This document shows positions 52,193 to 63,606 of a stretch of DNA of 64,000 nt, piece after piece. The translations under genes and the position numbers were made by a program. The notes under the pieces were generated by a model. That model was not told where the DNA came from and did not search any database. It saw only the letters and a program-made list of their open reading frames with translations. The stretch is taken from NCBI GenBank assembly GCA_042408215.1, contig JAYFMW010000017.1, forward strand, positions 1 to 64,000, read 5' to 3'. The stretch comes from Microcoleus sp. Lineage in GTDB: Bacteria > Cyanobacteriota > Cyanobacteriia > Cyanobacteriales > Microcoleaceae. Positions within the stretch are counted from its first letter, which is position 1; every line of letters starts with the position of its first letter.

Positions 52193-52669
52193 GTGATTGC
52201 TATTTCAGCCCGTCCGGTCGGACGCAATTGGATTACGATTAGTTTCGCATCTACTCTATACCTTTGTCCTATTTTGGATCTGCTCCTAGCAGAGGTTCCG
52301 GCTCACTGGCAAGCGGAATTGCGGTTAGGACTTCAAGAAGCTTTGGTAAATGCTGCTAAACACGGAAATAAGCTAGACCCCAATAAAACTGTTGGAGTCC
52401 GTTTTTCGATTGTACAAAATCAATATTGGTGGGTGATATCGGACGAAGGTTCTGGCTTTGATGCCCCTTGTCGTTGCAACTTGGATGCCGATAATTACGA
52501 CAGTCATGTTGCAGAGCACTCTGAACTCCCCCACGTTGAAAATGAATGTGGCAGGGGGTTGTTTATTCTTTACCAGATCTTCGATCGGGTTGAGTGGAAT
52601 TCTCAGGGTACAGAGTTAAGGGTATGCAAAGAAATTCCCGGTCGATATCGGTTGCCTCGCTTGCGCTAA
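52193..52669 (+). CDS. pmgA: Anti-sigma-like HATPase_c protein, PmgA-like
   Basis: SFASTLYLCPIL, LRLGLQEALVNAAKHGN, D.G.GF, GRGL. Confidence 0.75.
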   Translation: MIAISARPVGRNWITISFASTLYLCPILDLLLAEVPAHWQAELRLGLQEALVNAAKHGNKLDPNKTVGVRFSIVQNQYWWVISDEGSGFDAPCRCNLDADNYDSHVAEHSELPHVENECGRGLFILYQIFDRVEWNSQGTELRVCKEIPGRYRLPRLR

Positions 52670-52996
52670 AACTACCATTCTTTGGCAGAATTTTCAACCT
52701 GAGACAGAGCCTCGAATTTTTTGTTTCCCTGCTCAACCGGGCAACGATCGTTTGCAAGCTCTGTCTATAGATGGTCGATCGTACTACCAAATGTGAGTTT
52801 TGATTGAGAAAGATCTAAACTTTTTTTTACTTACCATCGCGCCGCAATCCAGCGACGCGATGGTTTAAGTTTTAGGGCATCGGCCTCATAGGGCATTGGC
52901 CTCATAGGGTATCGGGCCTGGTCGGAGAAAAGTATCATAACTATTCAACCGGACATGATATTTAGATATTTAATTGGCTTACTCGTTCGCTCAAAA

Positions 52997-53278
52997 CTAT
53001 TTGCCGTGTCCGTGGGTGGGGCAAGGAGGAGCTGAGATCGATCGATCTAGCCATCCTGCGGCTTGATTCAAGCGGGGGAGAGCTTCTTCTGGCTGATTTT
53101 TGAGCAAAAAGACCAAAGCAGCTCCAGCTTGCTCACAGGCGCGAGCGGAACGGTTAGCTTTGAGGCGGTGCCAATCTTTTTCGGAAATGGCGAGGCGGGC
53201 GGCTAGAGCTTGGGCTAGTTCTACTGTGCTAAGCTCGTTGAGGTTGACAGTTTTAGGCGTTTGTGTAGTTTCAAGCAT
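52997..53278 (-). CDS. Conserved cyanobacterial hypothetical protein
   Basis: DWHRLK.NR..RA.EQ, PPCPTHG. Confidence 0.8.
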   Translation of the reverse strand: MLETTQTPKTVNLNELSTVELAQALAARLAISEKDWHRLKANRSARACEQAGAALVFLLKNQPEEALPRLNQAAGWLDRSISAPPCPTHGHGK

Positions 53279-53393
53279 AATTGGTAATTATAGCGATTTG
53301 GCTACAGTTCCTTAATTTAGAAAATATACTGCATATAATAGCAACTAAATTGTAAATTGGCTTTTTTAATTCTTGTCAAGTTTACGGATCAAA

Positions 53394-53765
53394 ATGCCTC
53401 AACAGCCGTCAGAGTTAAATCCAGAGACGCCGGGAGATGAAAGGGAGTTTGTTCAAGCGCTGGAAACTGTGGAGCGATCGCTCGCGGCAGTCAAAGAACG
53501 GTACACTCAAATTCAGGTCGATCGCCAGCGCCAAGCCGAACTCGGTAATCTACGGGAAGATGTCCGCAAATCAGTGCGCCAAAATCCCCTACCGCAACTT
53601 AAGCAGGAATTGCGGCAAATTGAGCAAGAATTGGCTGCGATCGAGTTAAATTTAGAAAGCAGTCTGTTTTCCTGGGGAAGCATAAAACAACCTTTTTGGC
53701 AAGCTGTTCGCTTTGGGGGACTTGGCATTTTGCTCGGTTGGATTTTGAAATCCTATGCAGGTTGA
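53394..53765 (+). CDS. Coiled-coil protein with C-terminal TM anchor
   Basis: LES.LFSW...PFWQAVRFGGLG; ATG at 53394. Confidence 0.8.
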   Translation: MPQQPSELNPETPGDEREFVQALETVERSLAAVKERYTQIQVDRQRQAELGNLREDVRKSVRQNPLPQLKQELRQIEQELAAIELNLESSLFSWGSIKQPFWQAVRFGGLGILLGWILKSYAG

Positions 53766-53780
53766 ACTCTGTTGGGAGTG

Positions 53781-53925
53781 ATACCAATTTAATGTGAAGT
53801 TGCACATATCTCGATCCCCCTAAATCCCCCTTAAGAAGGGGGACTTTGATCGGACTCTTGTCCCCCCCTTATTAAGGGGGGCTAGGGGGGATCGGATTCT
53901 ATGCAGCCTCACAAAAAATTGGGAG
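53781..53925. mobile_element. MITE, sibling of 41549-41716
   Basis: Same left TIR, core and right arm. Confidence 0.8.
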
Positions 53926-54009
53926 TTAGGATTTTTTTTATTAACCGCAGAGGGCGCAGAGGAAGAGAAAAACAGAGATAATATGGTGCAAAATATTAAA
54001 TAAACGGGA

Positions 54010-55407
54010 GTGGATATGATAAATCAACGAATTGCTGCTATTTTGCGGGCTGGTGAACCTGACCAAAATGTAATTGTTCAAGGCTGGGTTCGGACTAAGC
54101 GCGAATTGAAAGAGTTTGCTTTTGTGGAAGTCAATGATGGTTCGGCGATGGCTAATTTACAAGTAGTCATCAATGCTGATTTGCCAGATTTTGAAAATGT
54201 ACTCAAACAATTAAATACAGGTGCGTCTGTCGAGGTTTCGGGGGTGTTGGTAGCATCTCCGGCGAAGGGACAACGAATTGAGTTGAAAGCATCCGCTGTT
54301 CAAGTTTACGGAGATGCTGATCCGCAAAGTTATCCGCTCCAAAAGAAGCGGCATTCCTTGGAGTTTTTGCGAACAATCGCTCATTTGCGGCCGCGCACCA
54401 ACACTCACGGTGCTGTTTTTCGTGTTCGCAATGCTTGTTCCGCAGCTATACACCAATTTTTTCAAGAACGCGGTTTTTTGTGGGTGCATACTCCGATTAT
54501 TGCTGCTAGCGACTGCGAAGGTGCGGGGGAAATGTTTGCTGTTACTAATTTTGATTTGAAAAATATCCCGCGCACTGATTCCCAAGAGGTTGATTATGCT
54601 AAAGACTTTTTTGGAAAACGTGCTTATTTAACAGTAAGTGGCCAGTTGGAAGCGGAAATTATGGCGATGGCTTTCGGGAATGTTTATACTTTTGGGCCGA
54701 CTTTCCGAGCGGAAAATTCTAATACTTCGCGGCATTTGGCTGAGTTTTGGATGATTGAACCTGAGATGGCTTTTTGCGATTTGCAGGGAGATATGGATTT
54801 GGCTGAGGCGTTTTTAAAGTATATCTTTAAATACGTGCTGGATCATTGCCCGGAAGATATGGAGTTTTTCAATGAGCGCATTGATCGGACGGTTTTGGCG
54901 ACTGCGGAAAATATCATTAATAATCAGTTTGAGCGGATTACTTATACGGAGGCGATCGCACTTTTGGAAAAATCTGACAAAAAGTTTGAATTTCCCGTAA
55001 GTTGGGGTTTAGATTTGCAGTCGGAACACGAGCGCTATTTGGCTGAGGAATTGTTTCAAAAGCCGACAATTGTTACAGATTATCCAGTCGGAATTAAAGC
55101 ATTTTATATGCGTTTAAATGAAGACGAAAAAACCGTGCGAGCAATGGATATTCTGGCTCCTAAACTGGGCGAAATCATCGGTGGTTCCCAGCGGGAAGAA
55201 CGGTTGGATGTCTTGGAGAAACGCATGGAAGCTCAGGGTATGAATAAGGAGGAATTGTGGTGGTATTTGGATTTGCGCCGCTACGGTACTGTACCTCACG
55301 CTGGCTTTGGTTTGGGCTTTGAACGGCTGGTGCAGTTTATGACGGGAATGGGGAATATTCGTGATGTGATTCCGTTTCCGAGAGCTCCTTTGAGTATTGA
55401 TTTTTAG
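54010..55407 (+). CDS. asnS: Asparagine--tRNA ligase
   Basis: [45 protein letters not shown]. Confidence 0.97.
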   Translation: MDMINQRIAAILRAGEPDQNVIVQGWVRTKRELKEFAFVEVNDGSAMANLQVVINADLPDFENVLKQLNTGASVEVSGVLVASPAKGQRIELKASAVQVYGDADPQSYPLQKKRHSLEFLRTIAHLRPRTNTHGAVFRVRNACSAAIHQFFQERGFLWVHTPIIAASDCEGAGEMFAVTNFDLKNIPRTDSQEVDYAKDFFGKRAYLTVSGQLEAEIMAMAFGNVYTFGPTFRAENSNTSRHLAEFWMIEPEMAFCDLQGDMDLAEAFLKYIFKYVLDHCPEDMEFFNERIDRTVLATAENIINNQFERITYTEAIALLEKSDKKFEFPVSWGLDLQSEHERYLAEELFQKPTIVTDYPVGIKAFYMRLNEDEKTVRAMDILAPKLGEIIGGSQREERLDVLEKRMEAQGMNKEELWWYLDLRRYGTVPHAGFGLGFERLVQFMTGMGNIRDVIPFPRAPLSIDF

Positions 55408-55444
55408 GATTGTGTGACAAAACGTAGGGACACTCCAAGAACCC

Positions 55445-55649
55445 ATTGGTGTCAACTTAAGCCTGAAAGCCATGAGAAATCTCGCTTTCACCCCAGTCTA
55501 GATCCCCCTAAATCCCCCTTAAGAAGGGGAGTAGGGGTTGACTTTGAGAAGATTCCTGTCCCCCCCTTCTTAAGGGGGGCTAGGGGGGATCTAGGCTTAA
55601 TGGTCAAACAGCAGTCTCTGACTAAGTTTAACGTTAAGTTGACACCAAT
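55445..55649. mobile_element. MITE, TIR ATTGGTGTCAACTTAA, nested in a REP-like hairpin (55424-55701)
   Basis: 16-bp perfect TIR; same CCCCCTTAAGAAGGGG core. Confidence 0.8.
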
Positions 55650-55742
55650 AGGCTCTTGGAGTGTCCTTACCCGGAGGACACTCCAAGAGCCGTGTCCCTA
55701 CTAAGAATGGTTAGTAGTAAGGACTTTAGTCCTGATTATTGA

Positions 55743-57224
55743 TTAACTGGCTGAGGGAATTGTGATATCAATAGATTGCACTTTCACCGAAGTTCCCAAA
55801 CTCGATAATGGTGGTTGAATTCCCGCAGTATTTCCCACTACTAATGTCACCAAATTCTCCGGTTTCAAGTAAGTGTTTGCGACGCGCTGTACGTCAGCAA
55901 TTGTTGCTGCTTCGACGCTTCGACGGTAGCTAAAAATGAAATCTTGCGGATAACCGTAGTATTCGTAGTTCATTACGCGGGACAAAGTTTGACTTGGATC
56001 TTCAAATTTGAAGATGAAGGAATTGATTTTTGAATCTTTAGCAAAAGCTAATTCTTCCGGGGTAATTGCTTCGGTGCGAATGCGATCGATTTCGGTGCGA
56101 ATTGCCTGAATAAACGGTAATGTTGCTGCCGATCGCGTTTGTCCTCCTGCGACAAACACCCCTGGATAGTCAAACCTCGGACTCCAAGCAGCATACACTG
56201 AATAAGCTAAACCTTGGCGCGATCGCACATTATTGAACAAACGCCCGCCAAAACCGTTCAAAACCCCATTCATTACATCCAAAGCACCGTAATCTGGACT
56301 ATTTAACATTCCGCCCAAATGTCCCATTAGCACATAACTTTGAGTTAGTTGTGGCTGATTTACCAAAAATATGCCACCTTGATTGGCTGCTGATACCGTT
56401 GGTAACGGCGGCATTTCTGCACTCTGCATCGGTTCCCAGTTGCCGAATTTTGACTCGATGAGCGATCGCATTTTTGCAGTATCAAAGTCGCCGGAAATAC
56501 CCAAAATCATATTCTTGGGATGGAAATATTTCTGGTAGAAACTCACCAAATCGTCGCGGGAGATATTCGCCAGAGTTTTGTATTCTACCGTGCGGGCGTA
56601 AGGACTGCGATCGCCATAAATCAGCTTTTGAAATTCCCGGCTGCTAATGGCGTTGGGATCGTCATTGCGGCGCGCGATTCCACCTTGCTCTTGTTTCTTA
56701 GCTAAATCCAACTTTTCCTGAGCAAATATTGGCTGTTGAATGACTTCCGCAAACAAGTCAAATACCGGCTCAATATCTTCAGCTAAAGCGCTAAAATTAG
56801 CGCTCCCAGAAGTAGTGCTAATCCCCGTTTCTACCGAAGCAGCGCGGCGCTCTAGCAACTGATTTAGTTCGTCTGACGAATGCTGTTTAGTGCCGCCAGT
56901 TCGCATTACTTCTCCCGTCAAATTTGCCAAGCCAATTTTATCGATCGGCTCAAATCTTTCTCCCGTGCGAAATAGCGCAGTTCCACCGACTAGCGGCAGT
57001 TCTTTGTCTTCCATTAAATAGACTCGCATCCCGTTTTTTAGTTCAAAGCGAGTGTATTTAGGTAGTTTTAATTCTGGTAGTGCGGGGAATGTTAATTCGT
57101 CGTAGTGCTTCGGTGTCGCCGCGAAGGAAGGTAACAAATTCAATGTTGAAAATGAAACAGTAAAAAAGCAAAGCGCCAGCAGAAATAACTTGACTTTTTT
57201 CAGTTTCAATTTAGTCCTTTTCAT
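55743..57224 (-). CDS. M16 peptidase, non-catalytic subunit
   Basis: LKNG, GLA.LT..M..GGT, RLF..VR..QGLAYS; no HxxEH. Confidence 0.9.
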   Translation of the reverse strand: MKRTKLKLKKVKLFLLALCFFTVSFSTLNLLPSFAATPKHYDELTFPALPELKLPKYTRFELKNGMRVYLMEDKELPLVGGTALFRTGERFEPIDKIGLANLTGEVMRTGGTKQHSSDELNQLLERRAASVETGISTTSGSANFSALAEDIEPVFDLFAEVIQQPIFAQEKLDLAKKQEQGGIARRNDDPNAISSREFQKLIYGDRSPYARTVEYKTLANISRDDLVSFYQKYFHPKNMILGISGDFDTAKMRSLIESKFGNWEPMQSAEMPPLPTVSAANQGGIFLVNQPQLTQSYVLMGHLGGMLNSPDYGALDVMNGVLNGFGGRLFNNVRSRQGLAYSVYAAWSPRFDYPGVFVAGGQTRSAATLPFIQAIRTEIDRIRTEAITPEELAFAKDSKINSFIFKFEDPSQTLSRVMNYEYYGYPQDFIFSYRRSVEAATIADVQRVANTYLKPENLVTLVVGNTAGIQPPLSSLGTSVKVQSIDITIPSAS

Positions 57225-57468
57225 TCTTTCTCCTAAGTTTCCTATTGTGACATAGCATAGGGGCGGTGCTCCTTGCCCGCCCTAGATGCGAGTCTATCTC
57301 TTAGTCTGCGGAGGCAGACTTCGTTTGTGTAGAAGCGGTTTCAACCGCCGAGTCTAAATCGAGGCAGAGCCTAGGAACGAGTCTTAATCGCTCAAAAATT
57401 GTGATCCTTGCGTCTAGGACTGCTTTTTATCCGTTACATCCGTTACACAATCCGTTGCCGAACCTTCC

Positions 57469-59040
57469 TTAAAGTGGTAAAAGCTTACCAATTGTCTTAT
57501 TTTCTGGGCGGAAAGTTTTCTGGGCGACTCGCTGAATATCGGTAGGATCAACTTTTGCGATCGCATCCAATTGTTTGAACAAATTTCGCCAAGAACCAGT
57601 TTTTACTTGATAATCCAGTAGGGAAAATGCCATGCCCATGTTAGAATTGAGCGATCGCAATAAACCAGCTCTCGCCTGAGTTTTCACTTGCTCCAATTCC
57701 GCAGCAGAAACCGGCTCATTTTTCAATCTCTCCATTTCCTGACTCAAAGCCACCGCCACCTCATCAACCGTGCGACCAGGAGCAGTTTGAGCGTAAAATA
57801 ACATCAAATTCGGATACTTTTCCCCCGGATAACCGCTCAAACCTTGAGCCACCAAAGCTAATTCCTTTTCTACTACTAAAGATTTGTAAAGTCGAGAAGT
57901 GCGACCATCGCTGAGCAAAGAACCAATTATTTCATAAACCGCATTGTCAGGATGATTCATCCCAGGCCTATGGTATCCTTCCAAATACCAAGGTTGAGTT
58001 TGCAATTTCAGCGTTACTTCCTTAGTTTTAGTTTGGGGAGGTTCGACAATTTGCAATTTAGGAGCGGCTGGCTTCGCCTTGTAGCGGCCGAAATAAATTT
58101 GAGCGAGTCGCTTCACCTCCGAGGCTTTCACGTCTCCTACGACCGCAACAGTGAGGTTGCTGGGGACGTAGTGAGTGTCAAAAAACTTCTGCACATCGCT
58201 GCGGGTGAGGTTTTGAATGTCTTGAGTGTAGCCAATTACGGGGCGGCGATAGGGATGGACTGAGAAAGCTTTGTCGGCAAAAAGTTCAACCATCTGTCCG
58301 ATGGGGGAATTTTCGGTTCGCATTCGGCGCTCTTCTAGAATTACCTGTTTTTCTTTGTAAAATTCCCGAAATACTGGTTCTAGAAATCGCTCTGATTCCA
58401 GCGACATCCACAGTTCTAATTTATTAGCTGGCAGGCTATAAAAATACATGGTGGCGTCGATAGAAGTTGCAGCATTTAGCCCGACACCGCCTGCTTGTTC
58501 GACTATTTTTCCGAATTCGTTGCGTTTGACAAATTGCAATGCTTCGCCTTCAACTTGGTCAAATTCTGCTTTGAATTTGGCGACTTCTTCGGTTTTACCG
58601 CTGGCTTGGGCTGCTTGGATTTGCTCGAAGAGTTTGTCTTGTTTTTCTAAGAGCGGTTTTTCGGCTTTGTAGTCGGTAGTGCCGATTTTTTGCGTGCCTT
58701 TGAAGGCTAAATGTTCTAGGTAATGGGCGACTCCTGTTTGCCCGTCTGGCTCGTTTGCTCCTCCCACGTCAGCATGAATTAGAAACGATGTTACGGGTGC
58801 TCTTGGCCTTTCGAGCACGATGAATGTCATGCCGTTGTCGAGCTTAAATTCTGTGACTTGGCGGATTACTCGATCGAGCGAGGGCACAACAGACGCTGCT
58901 GGGGAGCCGTTAGCGGGGTTCTCGCGGGCGATCGCCATTTGGGGCGAAATTCCCCACCACAGCAGAACAGCGGCCAGCAGGGATGCTAGGAATCGAGTTT
59001 TGCGATCGGTCGATCGAGGTTTTTGAGACGGCGGGGTCAT
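57469..59040 (-). CDS. M16 zinc peptidase, catalytic subunit
   Basis: GVAHYLEH, NAATS.D, EERR.R, HPY; ATG at 59040. Confidence 0.92.
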   Translation of the reverse strand: MTPPSQKPRSTDRKTRFLASLLAAVLLWWGISPQMAIARENPANGSPAASVVPSLDRVIRQVTEFKLDNGMTFIVLERPRAPVTSFLIHADVGGANEPDGQTGVAHYLEHLAFKGTQKIGTTDYKAEKPLLEKQDKLFEQIQAAQASGKTEEVAKFKAEFDQVEGEALQFVKRNEFGKIVEQAGGVGLNAATSIDATMYFYSLPANKLELWMSLESERFLEPVFREFYKEKQVILEERRMRTENSPIGQMVELFADKAFSVHPYRRPVIGYTQDIQNLTRSDVQKFFDTHYVPSNLTVAVVGDVKASEVKRLAQIYFGRYKAKPAAPKLQIVEPPQTKTKEVTLKLQTQPWYLEGYHRPGMNHPDNAVYEIIGSLLSDGRTSRLYKSLVVEKELALVAQGLSGYPGEKYPNLMLFYAQTAPGRTVDEVAVALSQEMERLKNEPVSAAELEQVKTQARAGLLRSLNSNMGMAFSLLDYQVKTGSWRNLFKQLDAIAKVDPTDIQRVAQKTFRPENKTIGKLLPL

Positions 59041-59321
59041 TGGATTTGAGATTTTAGATTTGAGATTTTGGATTGTCAAACAAAAAATGTTTGCGCTAAA
59101 TGCCAAGGATTCTACTTTAAGTATAAAGATTTTTTGAGGCATAAGTTATCTGTGGCGTCGCAAGTGCTACGCTGATACAGCAAAGCTCAAAAATGGTCTA
59201 TGGTTGAACAAGGAGTTTTGAGTTTAAGATTAAAGTCACGCACCACTTAAAACTTAACATTATTTTAGTCCCTCAGTCCCGCTCCTGCTGTTCCAAGTCG
59301 CCAATTACCGATTGCAAAGCC

Positions 59322-59939
59322 ATGCGAATTTTTCATCAGTCTCCTCCATCTGAAACCGAAACTAAGAAGCGGATTTTACAAGCGGCTCAAAAGTTGTTTG
59401 CCCGCAGTGGATACGACGGTACAACAACTCGCGACTTAGCAGCGGCAGCGGGGGTGGCCGAGGGTACGCTGTTTCGGCATTTTGTTAATAAAAAAGCAAT
59501 TTTGGTTGAGGTAGCGACAGAAGGATGGGTGGAATTATTAACAGATTTGCTGACGGAATTAAGCGAGATGGGCAGTTACAAAGCTGTGGCTCAGGTGATG
59601 CGGCGGCGGATGCTAAATATCCGCGATAATAGCGACATGATGCGGGTGTGTTTTTTGGAGGCGCAATTTCACCCGGATTTGCGCGATAGAATTCAGTTAG
59701 AAGTAATCGGAAAAATGAGTGATGTGGCTGAGGCTTTTTTTGAAACGGCGATGGAAAAAGGAGTTTATCGGAAGATGAATCCGAAGATTGTGGCTCAGGT
59801 ATTTTTGGGAATGTTTGCAATCGCGGGTTTTAGTCAAAATACGATTATGGCTCCCAATGCTTCTCCGCAGCAAATGCAGGAAATGGCAGAAGGACTCGCA
59901 GATATTTTTCTGAATGGGGTTTTAGTCAAGGATGAATAA
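59322..59939 (+). CDS. TetR/AcrR transcriptional regulator
   Basis: ILQAA..LF...GY.GTT..LA..AGV..GTLFRHF.NK. Confidence 0.93.
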   Translation: MRIFHQSPPSETETKKRILQAAQKLFARSGYDGTTTRDLAAAAGVAEGTLFRHFVNKKAILVEVATEGWVELLTDLLTELSEMGSYKAVAQVMRRRMLNIRDNSDMMRVCFLEAQFHPDLRDRIQLEVIGKMSDVAEAFFETAMEKGVYRKMNPKIVAQVFLGMFAIAGFSQNTIMAPNASPQQMQEMAEGLADIFLNGVLVKDE

Positions 59940-60104
59940 TTAGGATGTTGAAGGAAGAAGGAAGTTCAGCAACGGATTCTGTAACGGATGTAACGGATGT
60001 AACGGATTGAAGGTCCTTCGACGGAGTTTATCCTGAGCGTAGCCGAAGGGCTCAGGAACCGAAGAAGGAAGAGGGAAGAGAGAAGAAGGAAGAAAAAGAA
60101 ACTA

Positions 60105-60259
60105 TTCCCAATTCCCAATTCCCAATGCCCAATTCCCAATGCCCAATTCCCAATTCCCAATGCCCAATTCCCAATGCCCAATTCCCAATTCCCAATTCCC
60201 AATTCCCAATTCCCAATGCCCAATTCCCAATTACCAATCCCCAATTCCCAATTCCCAAT
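60105..60259. repeat. Heptamer STRR (CCCAATT/CCCAATG)n
   Basis: About 22 copies between convergent genes. Confidence 0.95.
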
Positions 60260-60621
60260 TACTCGATAAACTCGTACATTTCTTGCACCCAATTCTCCCG
60301 ATTATCCTGCCATTCATCCGTCACTACTTCCCAAGTTGTATTGCTTTCAAGTTCCAGCAATAGACTTGATACTTCTTCAAGCGTCGATGCTACGTGACAT
60401 TCTTCTACCCAACTTTCCCGGAGCATTTTCCATTGACTTTGTACCGCTTCATGCTGAAACTTTGATTCTAATTCAACTAGCAATTCTGCTAGCTGTTCTT
60501 CGTCAATTGCTGCTGACACCTCGCTCGCCCAGTCGTCGCGTCGTTCTTTCCATTCTTCCGTCACTGCGTCCCAGTTTAGGTGGGCTTCAAACTCTAACAG
60601 TAATTGGTTTAGTTCTACCAT
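60259..60621 (-). CDS. Acidic Trp-rich protein with three about 41-aa repeats
   Basis: LL.ELE....W.AV...W...R..W..EV x3. Confidence 0.8.
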   Translation of the reverse strand: MVELNQLLLEFEAHLNWDAVTEEWKERRDDWASEVSAAIDEEQLAELLVELESKFQHEAVQSQWKMLRESWVEECHVASTLEEVSSLLLELESNTTWEVVTDEWQDNRENWVQEMYEFIE

Positions 60622-60696
60622 ATTAAATTTTGTCTTGTTTGCAGTTTGTGCTAAAATTATACAACTTTTATTTATTAAGAATGTTAATTATTTATA

Positions 60697-61458
60697 ATGA
60701 TTAATGAATTTACTTTAGAGCGACTAGATATTCCCTGCGGTTGGATTCGCGGCGAGGGTGACTGGGCTGGAGTCGCGGCGGCTATTGCTAGGGGGGAAAC
60801 GGTAGAAGTTATTCAAGAAGTTGGTTCTACTTTGTGGAAAACTACTCTACCAGAAGGACATTCATTGTCTTGGAATGGTGATAATTTATCAACTATCAAA
60901 GCTATAATTTGGATTAGTTTCACCCAGAGAAGATTTGCGCCAGAATCTGCTTTGCCAAAAGTTCAGTGGCATCCGAGAGTGTTGTGGGTAGGGATAGGTT
61001 GCGAAGGCGGAACATCGAGAGAATTAATCGAAACTGCGATTACACAAGTATGTCACGCCTATGATTTAGCGTCAAGTGCGATCGCAGGTATTGCGACAAT
61101 AGACACTAAAGCCAATGAAGCCGGAATTATCGAACTTTGTCAAGGGCGAAACTGGCCTTTAAAAACCTTTGCTGCTAATATTTTAAATTCTGTAGAAGTT
61201 CCCAATCCTTCAAATATTGTAGCGCAAAAAGTCGGGACATCCAGTGTAGCAGAAGCCGCAGCACTTTGTGCAGTTAGGGAAGAATTTTTAACCGCTGATG
61301 AACGCAAATATACGCAGATATCCATCCATCAGCGTTCATCTGCGTTTATCTGCGGTTCAAATCCCCTCTTAGTTCCTAAAAAAATATTTCGATCGGGAGA
61401 AAAACCAGGCTCTGTAACAGTAGCCGTTGCGGTTTGTGCGATCGAATATCTGGGATAA
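60697..61458 (+). CDS. cbiG: CbiG-like cobalamin biosynthesis protein (C-terminal part only)
   Basis: WHPRVLWVGIGC..G, IATID.KA.E, VPNPS, VGT.SVAEAAAL, VTVAVA. Confidence 0.75.
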   Translation: MINEFTLERLDIPCGWIRGEGDWAGVAAAIARGETVEVIQEVGSTLWKTTLPEGHSLSWNGDNLSTIKAIIWISFTQRRFAPESALPKVQWHPRVLWVGIGCEGGTSRELIETAITQVCHAYDLASSAIAGIATIDTKANEAGIIELCQGRNWPLKTFAANILNSVEVPNPSNIVAQKVGTSSVAEAAALCAVREEFLTADERKYTQISIHQRSSAFICGSNPLLVPKKIFRSGEKPGSVTVAVAVCAIEYLG

Positions 61459-61462
61459 TATA

Positions 61463-61822
61463 TTACTGATCGGCATTCACAAATTGACCAATCAAGCCCG
61501 AAACAAACGACAAAACAATTGAACCAAACAAAGCAGGCCAAAAACCGTTAACCGCAAAACCGATACTGAACACACCCGCCAACCACGAAGCCAGGGACAG
61601 CGAAATCGCGTTCACAACGAATAAAAACAAACCCAAAGAAAGAATGCTCAAAGGCAGAGTCAGCAATGTCAGAATCGGTCTGACAACCGCATTCACAAAT
61701 CCGATCACCACCGCAGCCAGCATCGCCGCCGGAAAGCTAACCACCGTGATACCTGGTACAATGTTAGCTGTAATCACTAGCGAAACCGCTGCTACTACCC
61801 AAGTTAAGAAAAAACTTAGCAT
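61463..61822 (-). CDS. YvlD/phage holin superfamily membrane protein
   Basis: NAVVRPIL..LTLP..ILSLGLF..VVNA, GFW.AL.GSI. Confidence 0.9.
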   Translation of the reverse strand: MLSFFLTWVVAAVSLVITANIVPGITVVSFPAAMLAAVVIGFVNAVVRPILTLLTLPLSILSLGLFLFVVNAISLSLASWLAGVFSIGFAVNGFWPALFGSIVLSFVSGLIGQFVNADQ

Positions 61823-61931
61823 ATCGTTTTTTTCATCTCCATCACTATTAATTAAGATTGTAACTGTTTAGTCGATCGCCCAAAGTTCGGGATACACTAC
61901 CAAATATCCACCTTGCGAGAATATCAGATTT

Positions 61932-62429
61932 ATGAAACTCCGGCAACTAGCTGCATTCCTATTGACGCTCACTATCTTAATCTTCCCGCTACCAGCCTGG
62001 GCGCAATCTAAATATTATCCACCTCCCCTGTCGTTTAGCAACGCCGAACTGACAAGGCGCGATTTTTCCGGTCAGGTTTTGCGGGCTGCGGAATTTTCTA
62101 ACGCTAATATGGATTTGACCAACTTTTCTCAGGCCGATTTGCGAGGAGCAATTATGAGTGCTTCGGTGATGACTCAAGCGAATTTGCACGGAGCAAATTT
62201 AACTAATGCTATGATCGATCAAATTAAATTCACGAAGGCTGATTTAAGCGATGCAATTTTAGTGGAAACAATTTTGCTGCGTTCTACTTTTGATGGAGTT
62301 GATATCACCGGCGCTGACTTTACCGACGCAATTATGGACGGTGCACAAGTTAAAGAATTGTGCAAAATAGCTAGCGGAATTAATTCTCAAACAGGAGTTT
62401 TTACTCGCGATTCTTTGGGATGTCGCTGA
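61932..62429 (+). CDS. Pentapeptide repeat protein with signal peptide
   Basis: A(D/N)Lxx repeats; C-terminal LC..A.G.N..TG..TR.SLGC. Confidence 0.92.
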   Translation: MKLRQLAAFLLTLTILIFPLPAWAQSKYYPPPLSFSNAELTRRDFSGQVLRAAEFSNANMDLTNFSQADLRGAIMSASVMTQANLHGANLTNAMIDQIKFTKADLSDAILVETILLRSTFDGVDITGADFTDAIMDGAQVKELCKIASGINSQTGVFTRDSLGCR

Positions 62430-62575
62430 TTTATTTCACCCTCAAAATTAGAATTTGCTAAGTCATAAATTTAACTGTTTCCCAGTAGTTAGTAGGGTGC
62501 GTTAGCTCTGAGACGATCGATGCTCGACACGATCGTAATCTGTTGACGCACCCTAGGAGATTTACTTAGGACTAA

Positions 62576-62737
62576 GGCGTGTTTTCAAACCCGGAGCTCT
62601 CCCTAAATCCCCCTTAAGAAGGGAGTAGGGTGTGAGTAGGGGTTGACTTTGACGCTCATTCTCCCCCCTTAATAAGGGGGGCCGGGGGGGGATCTTCTTC
62701 GCAACAGACAGGTAAATATAGACTTTGAAAACACGCC
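62576..62737. mobile_element. MITE, TIR GGCGTGTTTTCAAA
   Basis: 14-bp TIR; same core; related left arm at about 63824. Confidence 0.78.
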
Positions 62738-62901
62738 CTAATGCCAAAAAAAACCGGTTTCTCCGAACACTTCGGCTACCCTTCGGCTACGCTCAGGGGG
62801 CCGCTCAGTGCGCCGATGCGCGGTTCCTGAGCGAAGTCGAAGGGTAGTGCAACGCTTCGCTCAACCACCAGGGTTTTTGGCCCCGCGTGCGTCCAGGACT
62901 G

Positions 62902-63606
62902 TTACTCAAAGGTAGGAACTGTTAAAGCTGCGTCATCCAAGCCGATCGCCGGTTCCAGATGATCCGCCCGCGAGCCGTTAATTCTCTCACTGTAGGCAAA
63001 AGCTAGGTTATTTTGAGTTTGAGCAAACTTTTCGCTCCCCGGTTCCCGATTATTTAAAACTATTTGATAACCAGTAATTGCAATTTCCAGATTATTTGCC
63101 CTATTACCGGGAATTTGACTAATATGATTACTCAAATTTTCAATGAGGCCGACAATTGAGCTAATTGTTTCTGGATTTTCACCGGCAATTAACTTCTGTG
63201 CCACTTGCTGTAAAATCTCGGCAAAACGGGGATTGAGGAGATCTTGTCGTTGAGCGAGCATGGGGTCAATTACTGCAATATCGCTATTGCTAGCTTGTTC
63301 TGCTTGCAATAATTCTAGGATAAAATTTGCATACTCTTGTGATTTTTCACCTGGAGAGTTATCGCTATCTCCCTCATCATTCATCCCCAAGAATTGCCAT
63401 AGCTGACTGGCAACATTTCGCAAGAAATTAGCTCCATTCTCCCCTCCTTGCTCTGCCAAACTTGCCGCTACTAACTCGCAAGTTTCCAGAAATCCTCGAT
63501 CGAGCAATTCTGAGTTATCCTGTAAAATCTGCGGTTCCTCACCGTTGGGGCAATTCAGCAGGGTGTGAATTAATTGCAGATAGGCTTGGGCGCGGTTTTC
63601 ATCCAT
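62902..63606 (-). pseudogene. N-terminal fragment of a TPR(/CHAT) protein
   Basis: RAQAYLQLI..LL.CP.GEE, AQTQNNLA.AY..RI.G.RA; ends after about 2 TPRs next to REP sequence. Confidence 0.65.

Noticed and set aside
55414..55704. 96-aa ORF after asnS
   Set aside because: Lies entirely within nested MITE/REP sequence; likewise 62562-62747.
61463..61822. Prophage indicated by a holin-family gene
   Set aside because: YvlD-type genes are common chromosomal genes; no phage genes nearby.
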